64,000 bases of DNA from Dehalococcoidia bacterium. Its GTDB lineage: Bacteria; Chloroflexota; Dehalococcoidia; Lucifugimonadales; CAUZJF01. The translations under genes were made by a program, and so were the position numbers. Shown here in pieces: positions 1-10,176 of the stretch. Location of the stretch: positions 531,404-595,403 of the forward strand of contig CBDAOG010000005.1 in NCBI GenBank assembly GCA_965197985.1, written 5' to 3'. Position 1 is the stretch's first letter, and each line of letters begins with the position of its first letter. A model generated the notes under the pieces. It was given only the letters and a program-made list of their open reading frames with translations. It was not told the origin of the DNA and searched no databases.

Positions 1-2383
1 GGTAGACGACCTCGACACCGTTCGGCGCGTCTGTGCCCGCGTCGATGAGAGTTCGCACAGCGTGGCCGTTCACGTCTTTCGTCTCGCGATACGTGGCCGG
101 TTCGCCGAGAGTAAGCATGTACGAGGTGCCGCCGACTATCGTGCGAGACCTCCACGACCCGGCTACTCGGTAGGCCGCGGCCGGCGTGAACAGCCGGACC
201 GGCGCTTCGGCCGAGTCCTCGGCAAGCTGTCGAAGAGCCGTAAGGTCTCCGAGGACCCAGAACGACCGTCCATTGGTCGACGCGACAAGCTCTCTTCCCT
301 CCACCTTCAGGTCGGTAACAGGGACCACCGGCAGATTGCCACGTATCGACTGCCAGGTCTCGCCGTCGTCGAACGAGACGTAGATCCCGAGCTCCGTGCC
401 GCAGTAGAGCAAGCCGGGGCGTTCCGGGTCGGCCCTGATGACCCTGGTGAAGTCAGTCTCGGGGAGGCCGTTCGTGATCTTGACCCAACTTCTACCGTAA
501 TCGCTGGTCTTGTAGAGGAACGGACGCGTATCGTCGAGTTTGTAGCGAGTGGCCGCCAGATACGCAGTCGCCGGATCGTGAGGGGAGACCTCGATTACGT
601 CGATGCGAGTCCATTCGGGGAGGTCCCTTGGAGTAATGTCGTCCCAGGTCTCGCCGCCGTCGAGAGAGAGATGGACGAGCCCGTCGTCGGAGCCGGCCCA
701 GAACACACCGGCCTCATGGGGCGATTCGATGAACGCAAATATCGTCCCGTAATGCTCGACGAATGTGGTGTCCAGTGTAATGGGCCCGCCTGACGGCTCC
801 ATCTTCGTGACGTCGTTGCGGGTCAAGTCAGGGCTGATCGCTTCCCAACTTGTCCCCTCGTCCGTTGAGCGGAACAAGACGTTGCCCGCGACGTATAGCA
901 CATTGACGTCGTGAGGTGAAAACAGGATCGGGTAGGTCCACTGGAATCGGTACTTGTGGTCTTTAGGACCGAAGCCCCAAGCGAACTCGGGCCAAACGGA
1001 CACGACCCGAGCCTGTCTGGTGGCCAGGTCGTACCTGAGCAGCGAGTCGCCGCCGCCATCCGAGCTACCGATGGCCCCTGAGTAGACCACGTTGGGGTTC
1101 TCGGGATGCACGGCTATGTGGCCACTCTCGGAGGTGCCAACTGTGTAGCACTCGCCGTAAGGTATCGCGCCCTTGAACGTCCGGCTCGGCACGCTGATCG
1201 CGCTGTTGTCCTGCTGGGTCCCGTAGACCCTGTACGGAAACTGGTTGTCGGTGGCAACGTGGTAGAACTGGGACGTCGGTTGGTTGTATATAGTGGACCA
1301 CGTCTCGCCGCCATTGAAGCTGACGCACGCGCCGCCGTCGTTGCCCTCGACCATCCGGCGAGGATCGCGCGGGTCGATCCAGAGGTCGTGGTTGTCTCCG
1401 TGGGGTGTCCCAACCTGGGTGAAAGAGCTGCCTCCGTCCGTGGACTTCCACGCCTTCGTGTTCAGTACCCAGACGGTGTTAGCGTCTTGCGGGTCGGCGA
1501 AAACGTGGCTGTAGTACCAGGGCCGCTGCTGTAGACTCCGGTCTTCGCTCACACGCTCCCACTTTTCCCCGCCGTTCTCGGAGCGGAAGAGACCGCCTTT
1601 TTCCGCCTCGACCAACGCCCAGACTCGTTCGGGCTTTGCCGGCGAGATCGCCACTCCGATGCGTCCCTTCAATCCCTCGGGCAGACCGGCGTTCTCGGTA
1701 ATCTCAGTCCAGCTGTCGCCCCCGTCGTTAGACTTGAAAATCCCGCTTTCCGGGCCGCCGCTCGTGAGTTTCCATGGTTCCCTACGCGCCTGCCAGATCG
1801 AGGCGTAGAGAATGCGTGGGTTGTTCGGGTCCATCGACAGGTCGATCGCGCCTGCGTTCTCGCTGCGGTACAAGACCTTCTCCCAGGTCTTGCCGCCGTC
1901 TGTCGTTCGGAAGACGCCGCGCTGCTCGTTGGGTCCAAAGGCGTGACCCAGAGCAGCCACATACGCCGTATCGGCGTCTTTGGGGTGAATGCGTACCCGC
2001 GCGATGTGCCGGGTGTCCTCGAGACCCAAATGGGACCAGGTCTTGCCTCCGTCCGTCGATCGGTAGACGCCGTCCCCGTGGCTGACGTTGCCGCGGATGC
2101 ACGATTCGCCCGTGCCGGCGTAGACGACGTTCGGGTCCGACTCCGAGACGGCGATGGCTCCGACTGCCGCAGTGTTGAAGAAGCCGTCGGAGACGTTCTC
2201 CCAGTAGGTCCCGCCGTCAACGGTCTTCCAGACACCTCCCGCGCAGGCGCCGAAGTAGAAAACCATTGCCTCAGTCGGGTGGCCCGCGACGGCGACGCTA
2301 CGGCCTCCTCGATGAGGACCGATGCATCGCCAGTTAACCCAGCTCAGGTCTGGCGTGTCGGCAGTTTGGGTGTCGGTGGACAT
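1..2383 (-). CDS. BNR/Asp-box tandem beta-propeller protein (VPS10/sortilin- or GH74-like), N-terminal ~794 codons; continues beyond window start
   Basis: Absent from the ORF track because it has no stop inside the window. My translation of the minus strand from ATG 2383-2381 is open to position 1. It reads MSTDTQTADTPDLSWVNWRCIGPHRGGRS...YRSTDGGKTWSHLG...FRTTDGGKTWEKV...FKSNDGGDSWTEI...FRSENGGEKWERV...KSTDGGSSFTQV...FRSTDEGTSWEAI...SLDGGETWDDI...SFDDGETWQSI. It carries repeated S/T-x-D-G-G-x-T/S-W Asp boxes. Confidence 0.8.
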   Translation of the reverse strand, partial: MSTDTQTADTPDLSWVNWRCIGPHRGGRSVAVAGHPTEAMVFYFGACAGGVWKTVDGGTYWENVSDGFFNTAAVGAIAVSESDPNVVYAGTGESCIRGNVSHGDGVYRSTDGGKTWSHLGLEDTRHIARVRIHPKDADTAYVAALGHAFGPNEQRGVFRTTDGGKTWEKVLYRSENAGAIDLSMDPNNPRILYASIWQARREPWKLTSGGPESGIFKSNDGGDSWTEITENAGLPEGLKGRIGVAISPAKPERVWALVEAEKGGLFRSENGGEKWERVSEDRSLQQRPWYYSHVFADPQDANTVWVLNTKAWKSTDGGSSFTQVGTPHGDNHDLWIDPRDPRRMVEGNDGGACVSFNGGETWSTIYNQPTSQFYHVATDNQFPYRVYGTQQDNSAISVPSRTFKGAIPYGECYTVGTSESGHIAVHPENPNVVYSGAIGSSDGGGDSLLRYDLATRQARVVSVWPEFAWGFGPKDHKYRFQWTYPILFSPHDVNVLYVAGNVLFRSTDEGTSWEAISPDLTRNDVTKMEPSGGPITLDTTFVEHYGTIFAFIESPHEAGVFWAGSDDGLVHLSLDGGETWDDITPRDLPEWTRIDVIEVSPHDPATAYLAATRYKLDDTRPFLYKTSDYGRSWVKITNGLPETDFTRVIRADPERPGLLYCGTELGIYVSFDDGETWQSIRGNLPVVPVTDLKVEGRELVASTNGRSFWVLGDLTALRQLAEDSAEAPVRLFTPAAAYRVAGSWRSRTIVGGTSYMLTLGEPATYRETKDVNGHAVRTLIDAGTDAPNGVEVVY

Positions 2384-2788
2384 TCGGATAGCCTCTCTGG
2401 CGTAAGAATAGGGACGGGCGAAGCGGCGGCTATTCTCTCACGACGACAGAGGCCGTTCAACTGGGACTACGCTTGGCGGGAGCCGAAAGAGGTTAAGAAG
2501 GAGCGCCGGCGATCGGACGATTCAGCGGAGTTGGTGGGCGAAAGTTCGGTGCGCGTTAAAGGAACGGCTATTCTACAGGCTGGTTCTGCTCTTCGGGTGC
2601 GGGCCCCAGCTCCATTTCGTAACGGCGTTCATTCGTTATCGATTCGTCTTGGTACCACCAGTCGTCGAAAAGCGCGATACTCTGTAGATAGTGAATGATG
2701 ACGCCGATACCCCAGAATATCAGCGGAGACCAGAACCAGAGTACTTCGTCGCCCCGGTTCTGGTAGGTGAATATATTCCAGGCCCCTA

Positions 2789-3949
2789 GTGTCCTGAGTT
2801 ATGAACTCATTGCAAAAGTACTTGCTGGGGTGTACCCTCCACGAAACGCTCATGGAGGTCACCATGGCCATCGGACGCCCCATTCCTCCCTTGCACCTTT
2901 CCTCCGACGAACGCGAGAGCCTCGAGCGCTGGAAGCGGCGTCCAACCACTGCCCAGGCGCTGGCTCTGCGATCCCGGATCATTCTCCGTTGCTCCGAGGG
3001 CAAGACCAATACCGTCGTGGCCGGGGAGATCGGTCTGGCCAAGCAAACGGTGGGGAAGTGGCGGGCCCGGTTCATCGAACGCCGCCTCGACGGCCTGCTT
3101 GACGAGCCGCGGCCCGGCGGCCCACGCTCCATCACGGACACCGATGTGGAGCGGGTCGTGACCCTCACCCTGGAGACGACGCCGGCGGATGCAACCCACT
3201 GGAGCACGCGCTCCATGGCTGCGCGTACCGGCCTGAGTCAGAGCGCCATCAGCCGTATCTGGCGGGCCTTTGCCTTGCAGCCGCATCGGACCGAGACGTT
3301 CAAACTTTCGTCTGACCCTCTGTTCATCGAGAAGGTCCGTGACATCGTGGGGCTCTACCTCAACCCACCCCAGCGGGCTCTGGTCCTGTGTGTCGACGAG
3401 AAGTCCCAGATCCAGGCCCTCGACCGGACGGCCCCGCTGTTGCCCATGCGCCCGGGGCAGATCGAGCGCCGGACCCATGACTACCGTCGTCATGGTACGA
3501 CCTCTCTCTTCGCCGCCCTCGACGTGAAGACGGGAGAGGTCATCGGCGCCTGCCACCGTCGGCACCGGTCCACGGAGTTCCGGCGCTTCCTCGACCGGGT
3601 CGATGCGACCGTACCCCCGGACCTCGACGTGCACCTTATCCTGGACAACTACGCCACCCACAAGACCCCCGCCATCCAGCGCTGGCTGGCCCGGCGGCCG
3701 CGCTATCACCTGCACTTCACCCCCACCAGCAGCTCTTGGCTGAACCAGGTGGAGCGCTGGTTCGCGGTGCTGACAGAGAAGCAACTGCGCCGCGGGGTGT
3801 TCCGCAGCACTCGGGAACTGGAGCAAGCCATCGAACAGTACATTGACCAGCACAACGCTGCCTCAAAGCCCTTCATCTGGACCAAAACCGCAGACCAGCT
3901 ACTAGCTACCATCGCCCGATTTTGTCATCGGATTCATAACTCAGGACAC
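2789..3949 (+). mobile_element. IS630-family insertion sequence (IS630-A), 1161 bp
   Basis: The terminal inverted repeats are GTGTCCTGAGTTATGAA at 2789 and its complement ending at 3949. Both ends are flanked by TA (2787-2788 and 3950-3951), the classic IS630/Tc1 target duplication. Confidence 0.85.
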
Positions 3950-3952
3950 TAG
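2864..3952 (+). CDS. IS630-family DDE transposase
   Basis: ORF 2801..3952. The likely start is ATG 2864, preceded by GGAGG. An N-terminal HTH region ([36 protein letters not shown]) is followed by DDE-region motifs: [22 protein letters not shown] and [15 protein letters not shown]. Confidence 0.9.
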   Translation: MAIGRPIPPLHLSSDERESLERWKRRPTTAQALALRSRIILRCSEGKTNTVVAGEIGLAKQTVGKWRARFIERRLDGLLDEPRPGGPRSITDTDVERVVTLTLETTPADATHWSTRSMAARTGLSQSAISRIWRAFALQPHRTETFKLSSDPLFIEKVRDIVGLYLNPPQRALVLCVDEKSQIQALDRTAPLLPMRPGQIERRTHDYRRHGTTSLFAALDVKTGEVIGACHRRHRSTEFRRFLDRVDATVPPDLDVHLILDNYATHKTPAIQRWLARRPRYHLHFTPTSSSWLNQVERWFAVLTEKQLRRGVFRSTRELEQAIEQYIDQHNAASKPFIWTKTADQLLATIARFCHRIHNSGH

Positions 3953-4368
3953 GAAGATGTTCCCCAGGGCGTAAGCAATCAAATGGTAGACGAAGATGCG
4001 GATAGCCCTTGCCCTCGCAACTACCTTCCGTATCTCTTCGTACTGCCTGATCTCGTCTTCACACATAGTTTGGCTCCTGCCCCGTCCACGCCCTATTCGG
4101 TGGTGGCTCACAGGGGCTCGATGGCATTTGTAGCTTCCGGCAGTCGCGCACCATCGAGGCGATTGTAGGATGACCGCCCAATCTGTGGCAAGGCGTTTTG
4201 ACCCCGCAATGTGCTCTGTCTGACGATTTTCGGCGGTCGATATGCCGCCTCTGCGCTCATTCCTACTCTGCGAGGCCGCGCCCTCAAGTGCTCGAACAAC
4301 GGCCCTTCGGCAGCTACGAGATGGACGAGGGCGTGTGCTAGAATATGACGAGTATCTAAGGCCGGAGA

Positions 4369-5265
4369 ATGGTCGAAGACGTCGAACGGTTCCTCAACTA
4401 TATGGCGGTCGAGCGTGGTGTTTCCGGTAATACGCTGGCGGCGTACAGGAACGACCTCGGCCAGCTCGTCGAGTTCTTCGACAGTCGCGACGGAGACGGC
4501 GCTCAGTGGGCTCTCGTCGACCCCGACGCTATCGCGGCTTACGCCCTCGCGCTACACGAGAGGGGATACTCGGATAGGACCCGGGCTCGCAAGCTGGCCT
4601 CCGCCAGGTCGCTGTTCGGTTTCCTGGTCGAGGAGGGGGTCTTAGACCAAGACCCCACCGAGAACCTGAGTTCACCGCGTCTCGGGCGGTCACTACCCAA
4701 GGCGCTGTCCATAGAAGAGGTAGACAGGCTCTTGGAGGTCGCGATAGGTGATTCACCCGAGGCCATGAGGGACCGGGCCATGCTCGAGCTTTTGTATGCA
4801 AGCGGAATGAGGGTAAGCGAGCTGATCGCCATCGACCGCGACGATCTGGACCTCGAGCAGGGCTTCGTCAGGTGTTTCGGTAAAGGGTCCAAGGAACGGA
4901 TCGTGCCGGTCCATCCGGAGGCCGCCGAAGCGGTCAGGGACTACCTACGAGAAGGTCTGCCCATGCTGGCCGGGAAGCGGTCGGGCAAGGCCGTATTCGT
5001 GAGCCGCAAGGGCACACGACTTACCCGCCAGGGCTTCTGGCTGATACTGAAAGGGCTCGCGGCACGGGCGGGGATCCGAGGGAATGTCACGCCTCACACA
5101 CTTCGACATAGTTTCGCCACCCACCTACTGCGAGGCGGCGCCCCTCTCCGGCACGTCCAGGAGCTGTTGGGACACGCGAGTATAACGACAACCCAGGTGT
5201 ATACCCACCTGACAAGCGACCATGTCAGGGCGGAATACGAAAAGGCCCATCCGCGCGCCGGGTAA
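4369..5265 (+). CDS. xerD: tyrosine recombinase XerD
   Basis: 298 aa. Motifs are RDRAMLELLYASGMRVSEL, GKGSKERIVP, LTRQGFW, HTLRHSFATHLL and LLGHASITTTQVYTH, with a C-terminal HPRA. Together these give the R-H-R-Y catalytic pattern and a XerD-type layout. Confidence 0.8.
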   Translation: MVEDVERFLNYMAVERGVSGNTLAAYRNDLGQLVEFFDSRDGDGAQWALVDPDAIAAYALALHERGYSDRTRARKLASARSLFGFLVEEGVLDQDPTENLSSPRLGRSLPKALSIEEVDRLLEVAIGDSPEAMRDRAMLELLYASGMRVSELIAIDRDDLDLEQGFVRCFGKGSKERIVPVHPEAAEAVRDYLREGLPMLAGKRSGKAVFVSRKGTRLTRQGFWLILKGLAARAGIRGNVTPHTLRHSFATHLLRGGAPLRHVQELLGHASITTTQVYTHLTSDHVRAEYEKAHPRAG

Positions 5266-5295
5266 AGGGCGCGTCGTAACGCGGAGGAAAACCAG

Positions 5296-5622
5296 ATGCC
5301 GAGCAAAGGTTCCAAGAGGGCCGCGAGCCAGGCCAAGTTAAGACAACAAAAACGCCGCGGTCGCGGTACTGCCCAGACGTTCGATGCAGGCCCAAGCGAG
5401 TCGTCGAGACCGGCGACCGCTGTAGCCGAGACCGAAGAAGCGAAGGCGCCGGCACGGGCAGCGACGACCTCGACCGCTCCGGCACGGCGGCAAAGGCGGA
5501 GGCCCGGGGACGCGGCGGCTCTCGCTTACTCTTACCTGGGCCGCGAGATCAAGCGAATCGGCGCCACGACCGTCGTTATTTTTGCGCTGCTGGCTGTCGC
5601 GTCGTTTTTTATGGGGAGCTGA
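5296..5622 (+). CDS. hypothetical basic protein with a C-terminal transmembrane anchor
   Basis: 108-aa ORF. The N-terminal half is K/R-rich and the C-terminus is one hydrophobic segment (IGATTVVIFALLAVASFFMG). A hairpin plus T-run follows it. Confidence 0.45.
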   Translation: MPSKGSKRAASQAKLRQQKRRGRGTAQTFDAGPSESSRPATAVAETEEAKAPARAATTSTAPARRQRRRPGDAAALAYSYLGREIKRIGATTVVIFALLAVASFFMGS

Positions 5623-5649
5623 CGGCGACTCGATTGCGGCGTCAGTTTT
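5619..5649 (+). terminator. putative intrinsic terminator
   Basis: CTGACG (5619-5624) pairs with CGTCAG (5640-5645) and is followed by TTTT (5646-5649). The structure overlaps the stop codon of the 5296..5622 ORF. Confidence 0.45.
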
Positions 5650-5708
5650 CTAAGCCTCCTATCACATCAAGCGAGCTTCCCAAAACGACCACCGTCCTCC
5701 GGTAAGAT

Positions 5709-5853
5709 GTCGTTCTGAGGAGTGAAGCATCGAAGGACCTGGGTGGTTAAGTGGTTCGGGTCGAAGCCCATTTCCAATGTCTCAAGATCCTTCACTTCGT
5801 TCAGGATGACAGTGCGTTCGTCAGGACGACAGTCCGTAGGTTCAGGATGACAC
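5709..5853. repeat. cluster of short dispersed intergenic repeat units (TCAGGATGAC / GAGGAGTGAAGCATCGAAGGA type)
   Basis: Units are gtcgttctgaggagtgaagcatcgaaggacc (5709-), aagatccttcacttcgttcaggatgac (5784-), tcgtcaggacgac (5818-) and ttcaggatgacac (5841-). A related unit lies at 23951-24041. Confidence 0.6.
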
Positions 5854-5878
5854 TGCGCGGGATGGGCCGCGTTTTCCG

Positions 5879-7756
5879 ATGACCACAGCCACTACAGCCA
5901 AACGAGACTTCTCCGAGCGCCTGAAGGCGACCCCGACGGAGCCGGGCGTCTACCTCATGAAGAGCGCGGACGGCGGAGTACTTTACGTCGGCAAGGCGGC
6001 GAGCCTGCGGAACCGGCTCCGGTCGTACTTCGCCAGCGGATCTGGCCTCGAACCCAAGATCCGAACGATGGTCGGGCATGTCGTCGACTTCGATTTCATC
6101 GTCACCGAGTCCGACTCCGAGGCCCTGATTCTCGAGAACACCCTGATCAAGCGCCATAAGCCGCCCTACAACGCGCGACTCAAGGACGACAAGAGCTACC
6201 CTTTCATCAAGATCGACCTCTCGGAGGACTTCCCGCTGGTCTATATCACCAGGCATGTCGCGAAGGACGGTGGGCGGTACTTCGGCCCGTACGCCAGCGC
6301 CAAGAGCGTCAGGAAGACACTGGCCCTGCTGAAGAAGCTGTTCCCTTACCGGTCGTGTACCAAGGAGATCACCGGCACCGACCCGAGGCCGTGCCTCGAC
6401 TTCCACATCAACCGGTGCGTCGGTCCGTGCATCGGCGCCGCAAGCAAGGAGCAGTACGCCGAGATCATCGACCAGGTCATTCTCTTTCTCGAAGGCAAGT
6501 CCGAGAAGGTGACCCGGGCCCTGTCCAGGCGGATGCGTGACGCCGCAGAGGCCCTGGAGTTCGAACGGGCGGCCGCGCTCCGGGACCAGGTGCGTGCCAT
6601 CGACCGCGTAAACGAGGGGCAGAAGGTCGCCAGGCTATCGTCGGAGAACCTGGACGTCATCGCGGCGGCGCCGGGAGATGACGATGCGTGGGTCGAGGTC
6701 TTCTTCGTTCGCCAGGGCAAGCTGATCGGCCGCGACAACTTCACCATGGCCGGCACGGCGCAAGAGGCCCCAGAGCAGATCCTCGGGGCCTTCGTGAAGC
6801 AGTTCTACAACACGAACCCCTATATCCCTTCGCGCATTCTTGTCGAGCACGAGCTGGAGGACATCGAGGCAATCCAGCCGTGGATCGAGGCCAAGCGAGA
6901 CGGGCCGGTGAAGATCCTGGTACCGCAGCGAGGAGAGAAGCGCAAGCTGGTCCGAATGGTGGCCGCCAACGCGGAACAGGGCCTGGCGCAACGGCGCGTC
7001 AAGCGGACCGCCGACGCCGACCTGGACGCCGCCATGGCTGAGCTGCAGGAGGCGCTAAGCCTGCCCGACCTGCCGAAGCGCATCGAGTGCTACGACATCT
7101 CGAATATCCAGGGCACTAACCCAGTTGGGAGCATGATTGTATTCGAAGACGGCAAGTCGCGGAACCAGCACTACCGCCGGTTCAAGATCAACGCCGTGGA
7201 GGGCATCGACGACTACGCGATGATGCGCGAGGTCCTGACGCGTCGGTTCAAGCGGATGGCCAAGGACGTCCAGGAGGCGTCGGCCAACGGCGGAGCTCCG
7301 AACGAGAAGACGTCGGACGGCGCGTGGGCAACGGTGCCGAATCTGGTGCTGATCGACGGCGGCAAGGGCCACCTCGGCGCGGCGCTGCAGGTCTTCCTCG
7401 ACCTAGGCATCGACTTCATTCCCCTAGCCAGCCTCGCGAAAGAGAACGAGGAGCTGTTCGTACCGCAGTCGCCGGAGCCGATCATCTTACCGCGCGACTC
7501 CAAGGCGCTGTACCTGGTCCAGCGGGCGCGAGACGAAGCCCACAGGTTCGCGATCACGTTCCACCGGCAGCGGCGGTCGAAGGGGTCGGTGCGCTCGGCA
7601 ATGGACTCGGTGCCTGGCATCGGCCCGAAGCGCAGGCGGACACTCCTACGGCGATTTGGCTCGGTCAAGGGTATCCAGGAGGCGCCGCTCGACGAGGTCG
7701 CGTCCGTTCCGGGCATGACGCTGAAGCTGGCGCGGGCGCTCAAGGAACATTTGTAG
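5879..7756 (+). CDS. uvrC: excinuclease ABC subunit C
   Basis: 625 aa. It has an N-terminal GIY-YIG motif (PGVYLMKSADGGVLYVGKAASLRNRLRSYF), a UVR domain (LEFERAAALRDQV), and a C-terminal endonuclease plus HhH region (VPGIGPKRRRTLLRRFGSVKGI). Confidence 0.95.
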   Translation: MTTATTAKRDFSERLKATPTEPGVYLMKSADGGVLYVGKAASLRNRLRSYFASGSGLEPKIRTMVGHVVDFDFIVTESDSEALILENTLIKRHKPPYNARLKDDKSYPFIKIDLSEDFPLVYITRHVAKDGGRYFGPYASAKSVRKTLALLKKLFPYRSCTKEITGTDPRPCLDFHINRCVGPCIGAASKEQYAEIIDQVILFLEGKSEKVTRALSRRMRDAAEALEFERAAALRDQVRAIDRVNEGQKVARLSSENLDVIAAAPGDDDAWVEVFFVRQGKLIGRDNFTMAGTAQEAPEQILGAFVKQFYNTNPYIPSRILVEHELEDIEAIQPWIEAKRDGPVKILVPQRGEKRKLVRMVAANAEQGLAQRRVKRTADADLDAAMAELQEALSLPDLPKRIECYDISNIQGTNPVGSMIVFEDGKSRNQHYRRFKINAVEGIDDYAMMREVLTRRFKRMAKDVQEASANGGAPNEKTSDGAWATVPNLVLIDGGKGHLGAALQVFLDLGIDFIPLASLAKENEELFVPQSPEPIILPRDSKALYLVQRARDEAHRFAITFHRQRRSKGSVRSAMDSVPGIGPKRRRTLLRRFGSVKGIQEAPLDEVASVPGMTLKLARALKEHL

Positions 7757-7807
7757 GTCGGCGTTGCGGTTCAAGGTCGTAGGCTCAGAGAAGGCGTGGT
7801 GCCGGCG

Positions 7808-9921
7808 CTATTTGTCGATACGGAATGTGCCCAAGGAATAGTCGATTAGCAGTTCCAGCTCCTCAAATCGCTCTTTGAGTGCCACGTAGGCCACGCTAAA
7901 TCCGACGCTATCCTCGTTGACGTGGATAAGGCGTTTACTCAACACCGAGCCGCCCAGGCCGCTGATCTCAAGAAGCACCGCGGGAAACCCTTGTGACGTG
8001 GTGGTCTGCATCTCCGATATCAGCTCGAAACCAGGAAGCAACGAGGACACGACATCCATCGTGATGCCCTGATACTCCTCAAGCGTTGTTTCCCCGAATC
8101 CAAGTGCAATGAGGTCTTCTTCAACGATCGCCACATAGGCGCCCTGAGGTCCGACGTAGTACCCAGCGATTCCCAAAGCGGGGTCCAGAGCCTCGGCTTG
8201 CCAATTCACAGGATACTGGATCGAGAACCCGTAGTGATCGTTCTTGTGCAATGTCATCGGGCCGTGGGGACTATCGACGATTTCCACGGTCTCGGGAGTA
8301 ACGAATTGCGCCTCGGGAGATGCGCTTTCGACGGTCAATATATAGCCACCGACAGCAGGTACGTCCCCCTGGTCCGACACGATAATATAGTAGTCGCTGC
8401 CAGTGGGAGCTCGGTGCACGAGTTTCGAGCTTAGCCCGAAGAGTCCGCCACCACTGTCGTCGTCGAAGAGTACCTGGGACGAAACGGAGCCGGGGAAATC
8501 GACCTGCACGAACGGGTCGAAGTTGGGCGAGTCGACGGCTATTTCGACCGTTTCCCCTTCAGCAAGGGCGAGCACAAAGAAGTCCAGGTCGTAGGGGTAG
8601 TCGACGTTTCCGAGAAGGCGCTGGCCGACGGCGATTTCCGTGCCATCGTCAGGATCCGTGAATGGGATGAGGGGCTGGTTGCTTTCGACGTGAAACGACC
8701 CCAAGGGGTCCCACAAGTCTGTGCCCGGTGCAACGAAAACGAAGTGGGGGCCATCTATCGAGAACGCAGCTGAGCCTGACTCCCGTCCGGAACGCGCGTC
8801 ATCAGCGTACACGGGAATGTCCCCCGGCGGACCGATGACGAAGATTCCGACATTGCTCTCCCCTTCGAGCGAAACTTCGATCTCCTTGCCAACCTGACCG
8901 TCGACAACGTAGACACGGCTATCCCAGGGATTGGCCAGCTCTATCGTGTATTCCAGGTCCGCAGTGGCGAGAGCCGAATCCAGGCGCTGACCGCTTGCGG
9001 GAACCAGACGGTCCCGAAGACCGGAGGTATCCCCCGCAATGAGCTCGGATACGATCGGCGCAACGTCGGCGCTCGAAGCCACGAGGGCGAAATCCCCCTC
9101 TGTGAACACGAACCCCGAAACGCCGACGACTTCGCCGTCGCTGGAAACCAGGACTCCGCCACTCTGACCGCCTGCGATGGTCGCGTCGGTCTGGATATAG
9201 GTGATCCCTGCTCCTTCCCAGCTCCTCAGTCGGGAGACCAGGCCTCGGGACAGGCTCGGCTGGGGGAAACTCTCTGCTTCTCCTGGGTACCCATCAGGTA
9301 GACGTCGCTCCCTACCGGGATGCTCGCACTCTTCGATAGCTCGACGGGGCTTATGTCGGTCTCGATCGGACCGAGAACGGCAATGTCGATTAACGGGTCC
9401 CATGCCACCAGCGGCACATCTATAAACTCGGTGCCGTCCGGGAAGACGACACGCGCGAGGTCGTACGGCCAGAGCACGTGGTAGTTCGTTACCAGATAGC
9501 CGCCCGCGACGAGGCTTGCGCTTCCGGTTCCAATCGCCGTTTCGACGAAAGCCACAGACGGAGAGACTCGCGAGAACACCTCTGCTGGGGTGAGCGGCCC
9601 GGGCGTCGGCGTCACGCTAGGGGAAGGCGTGGGAGTCGGTGTCGGCTCCGTGGTGGGTGTCGGCCGTTCAGTAGGGGTCGAAATTGGCGCCGTGGTCGGC
9701 GTGGGCGTGGGAGTCGCTGTTAGAGTCGGGGTCGGCTGTGGACTAGGCGTTGCCGCCGGGCTGGGTAACGAGATCGCTGCCGGTGTAGGCGTTTCAGGTG
9801 GAGGGCTCGTCGGCTCGGCTGTGGGCTCCGCCGAAGCGTCCGGCGCGACAAACGCAGCTTCCGCGTCGGCAGGCGGGGTAGGTGTTGGCTTGGGCGAGTC
9901 CTCGCCGCAGGCCCACGACAA
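7808..9921 (-). pseudogene. secreted trypsin-like (S1C-type) serine protease with a Pro/Thr linker and PPC-like C-terminal domains; frameshifted
   Basis: ORFs 9226..9921 and 7808..9403 form one protein broken at a GGG run (coding strand, ~9290-9292): ...SDVYLMG / YPGEAESFPQPSLSRG.... The catalytic triad context is TNYHVL, DIAVL and IAGGQSGGVLV. A ~100-aa PT-rich linker is present. The lipoprotein-like leader (GLLVCLVTTLSWAC) has no in-frame ATG; the nearest ATG (9953-9951) is offset by 1 nt. Confidence 0.7.
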
Positions 9922-10176
9922 CGTGGTGACGAGGCAGACTAGTAGACCGACATCCTAGCAATGAAGGGTAACGAGAATACTGCGCGACGCTCCCATCCTA
10001 ACCTTCCCCCTGACGGGAAGGGACTCACTGTTGCCGTGAGGTCTCGCCAATCCAGGCTAACCCTCATTTCAAAAATTTCGTGCCACTAGCACGACGGCTC
10101 TACGCACCAAAGCCCTCCCGAGTGTGCCCCCAGTTGGTCGACCAGCCGTTACGGCCGCAATGGTCGTATATATCTA

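Larger units (their letters stand above)
2568..4066 (-). pseudogene. small 2TM-domain-like membrane protein gene split by IS630-A
   Basis: Removing 2789-3949 plus one TA joins the minus-strand flanks into one 111-codon ORF. It reads [111 protein letters not shown]. Two hydrophobic helices with a W-rich pattern. Confidence 0.55.

Noticed and set aside
62-2235. Plus- and minus-strand ORFs from the track in this interval (62..793, 1106..1534, 1669..2235, 1943..2698 and others) as candidate genes
   Set aside because: Their translations are Arg/Pro/Gly-rich, as is typical of off-frame reading in GC-rich DNA. A single uninterrupted minus-strand frame with many Asp boxes explains the whole interval.
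9590-9958. Plus-strand Gly/Val-rich 122-aa ORF
   Set aside because: It is the antisense reading of the Pro/Thr-rich linker of the minus-strand protease.
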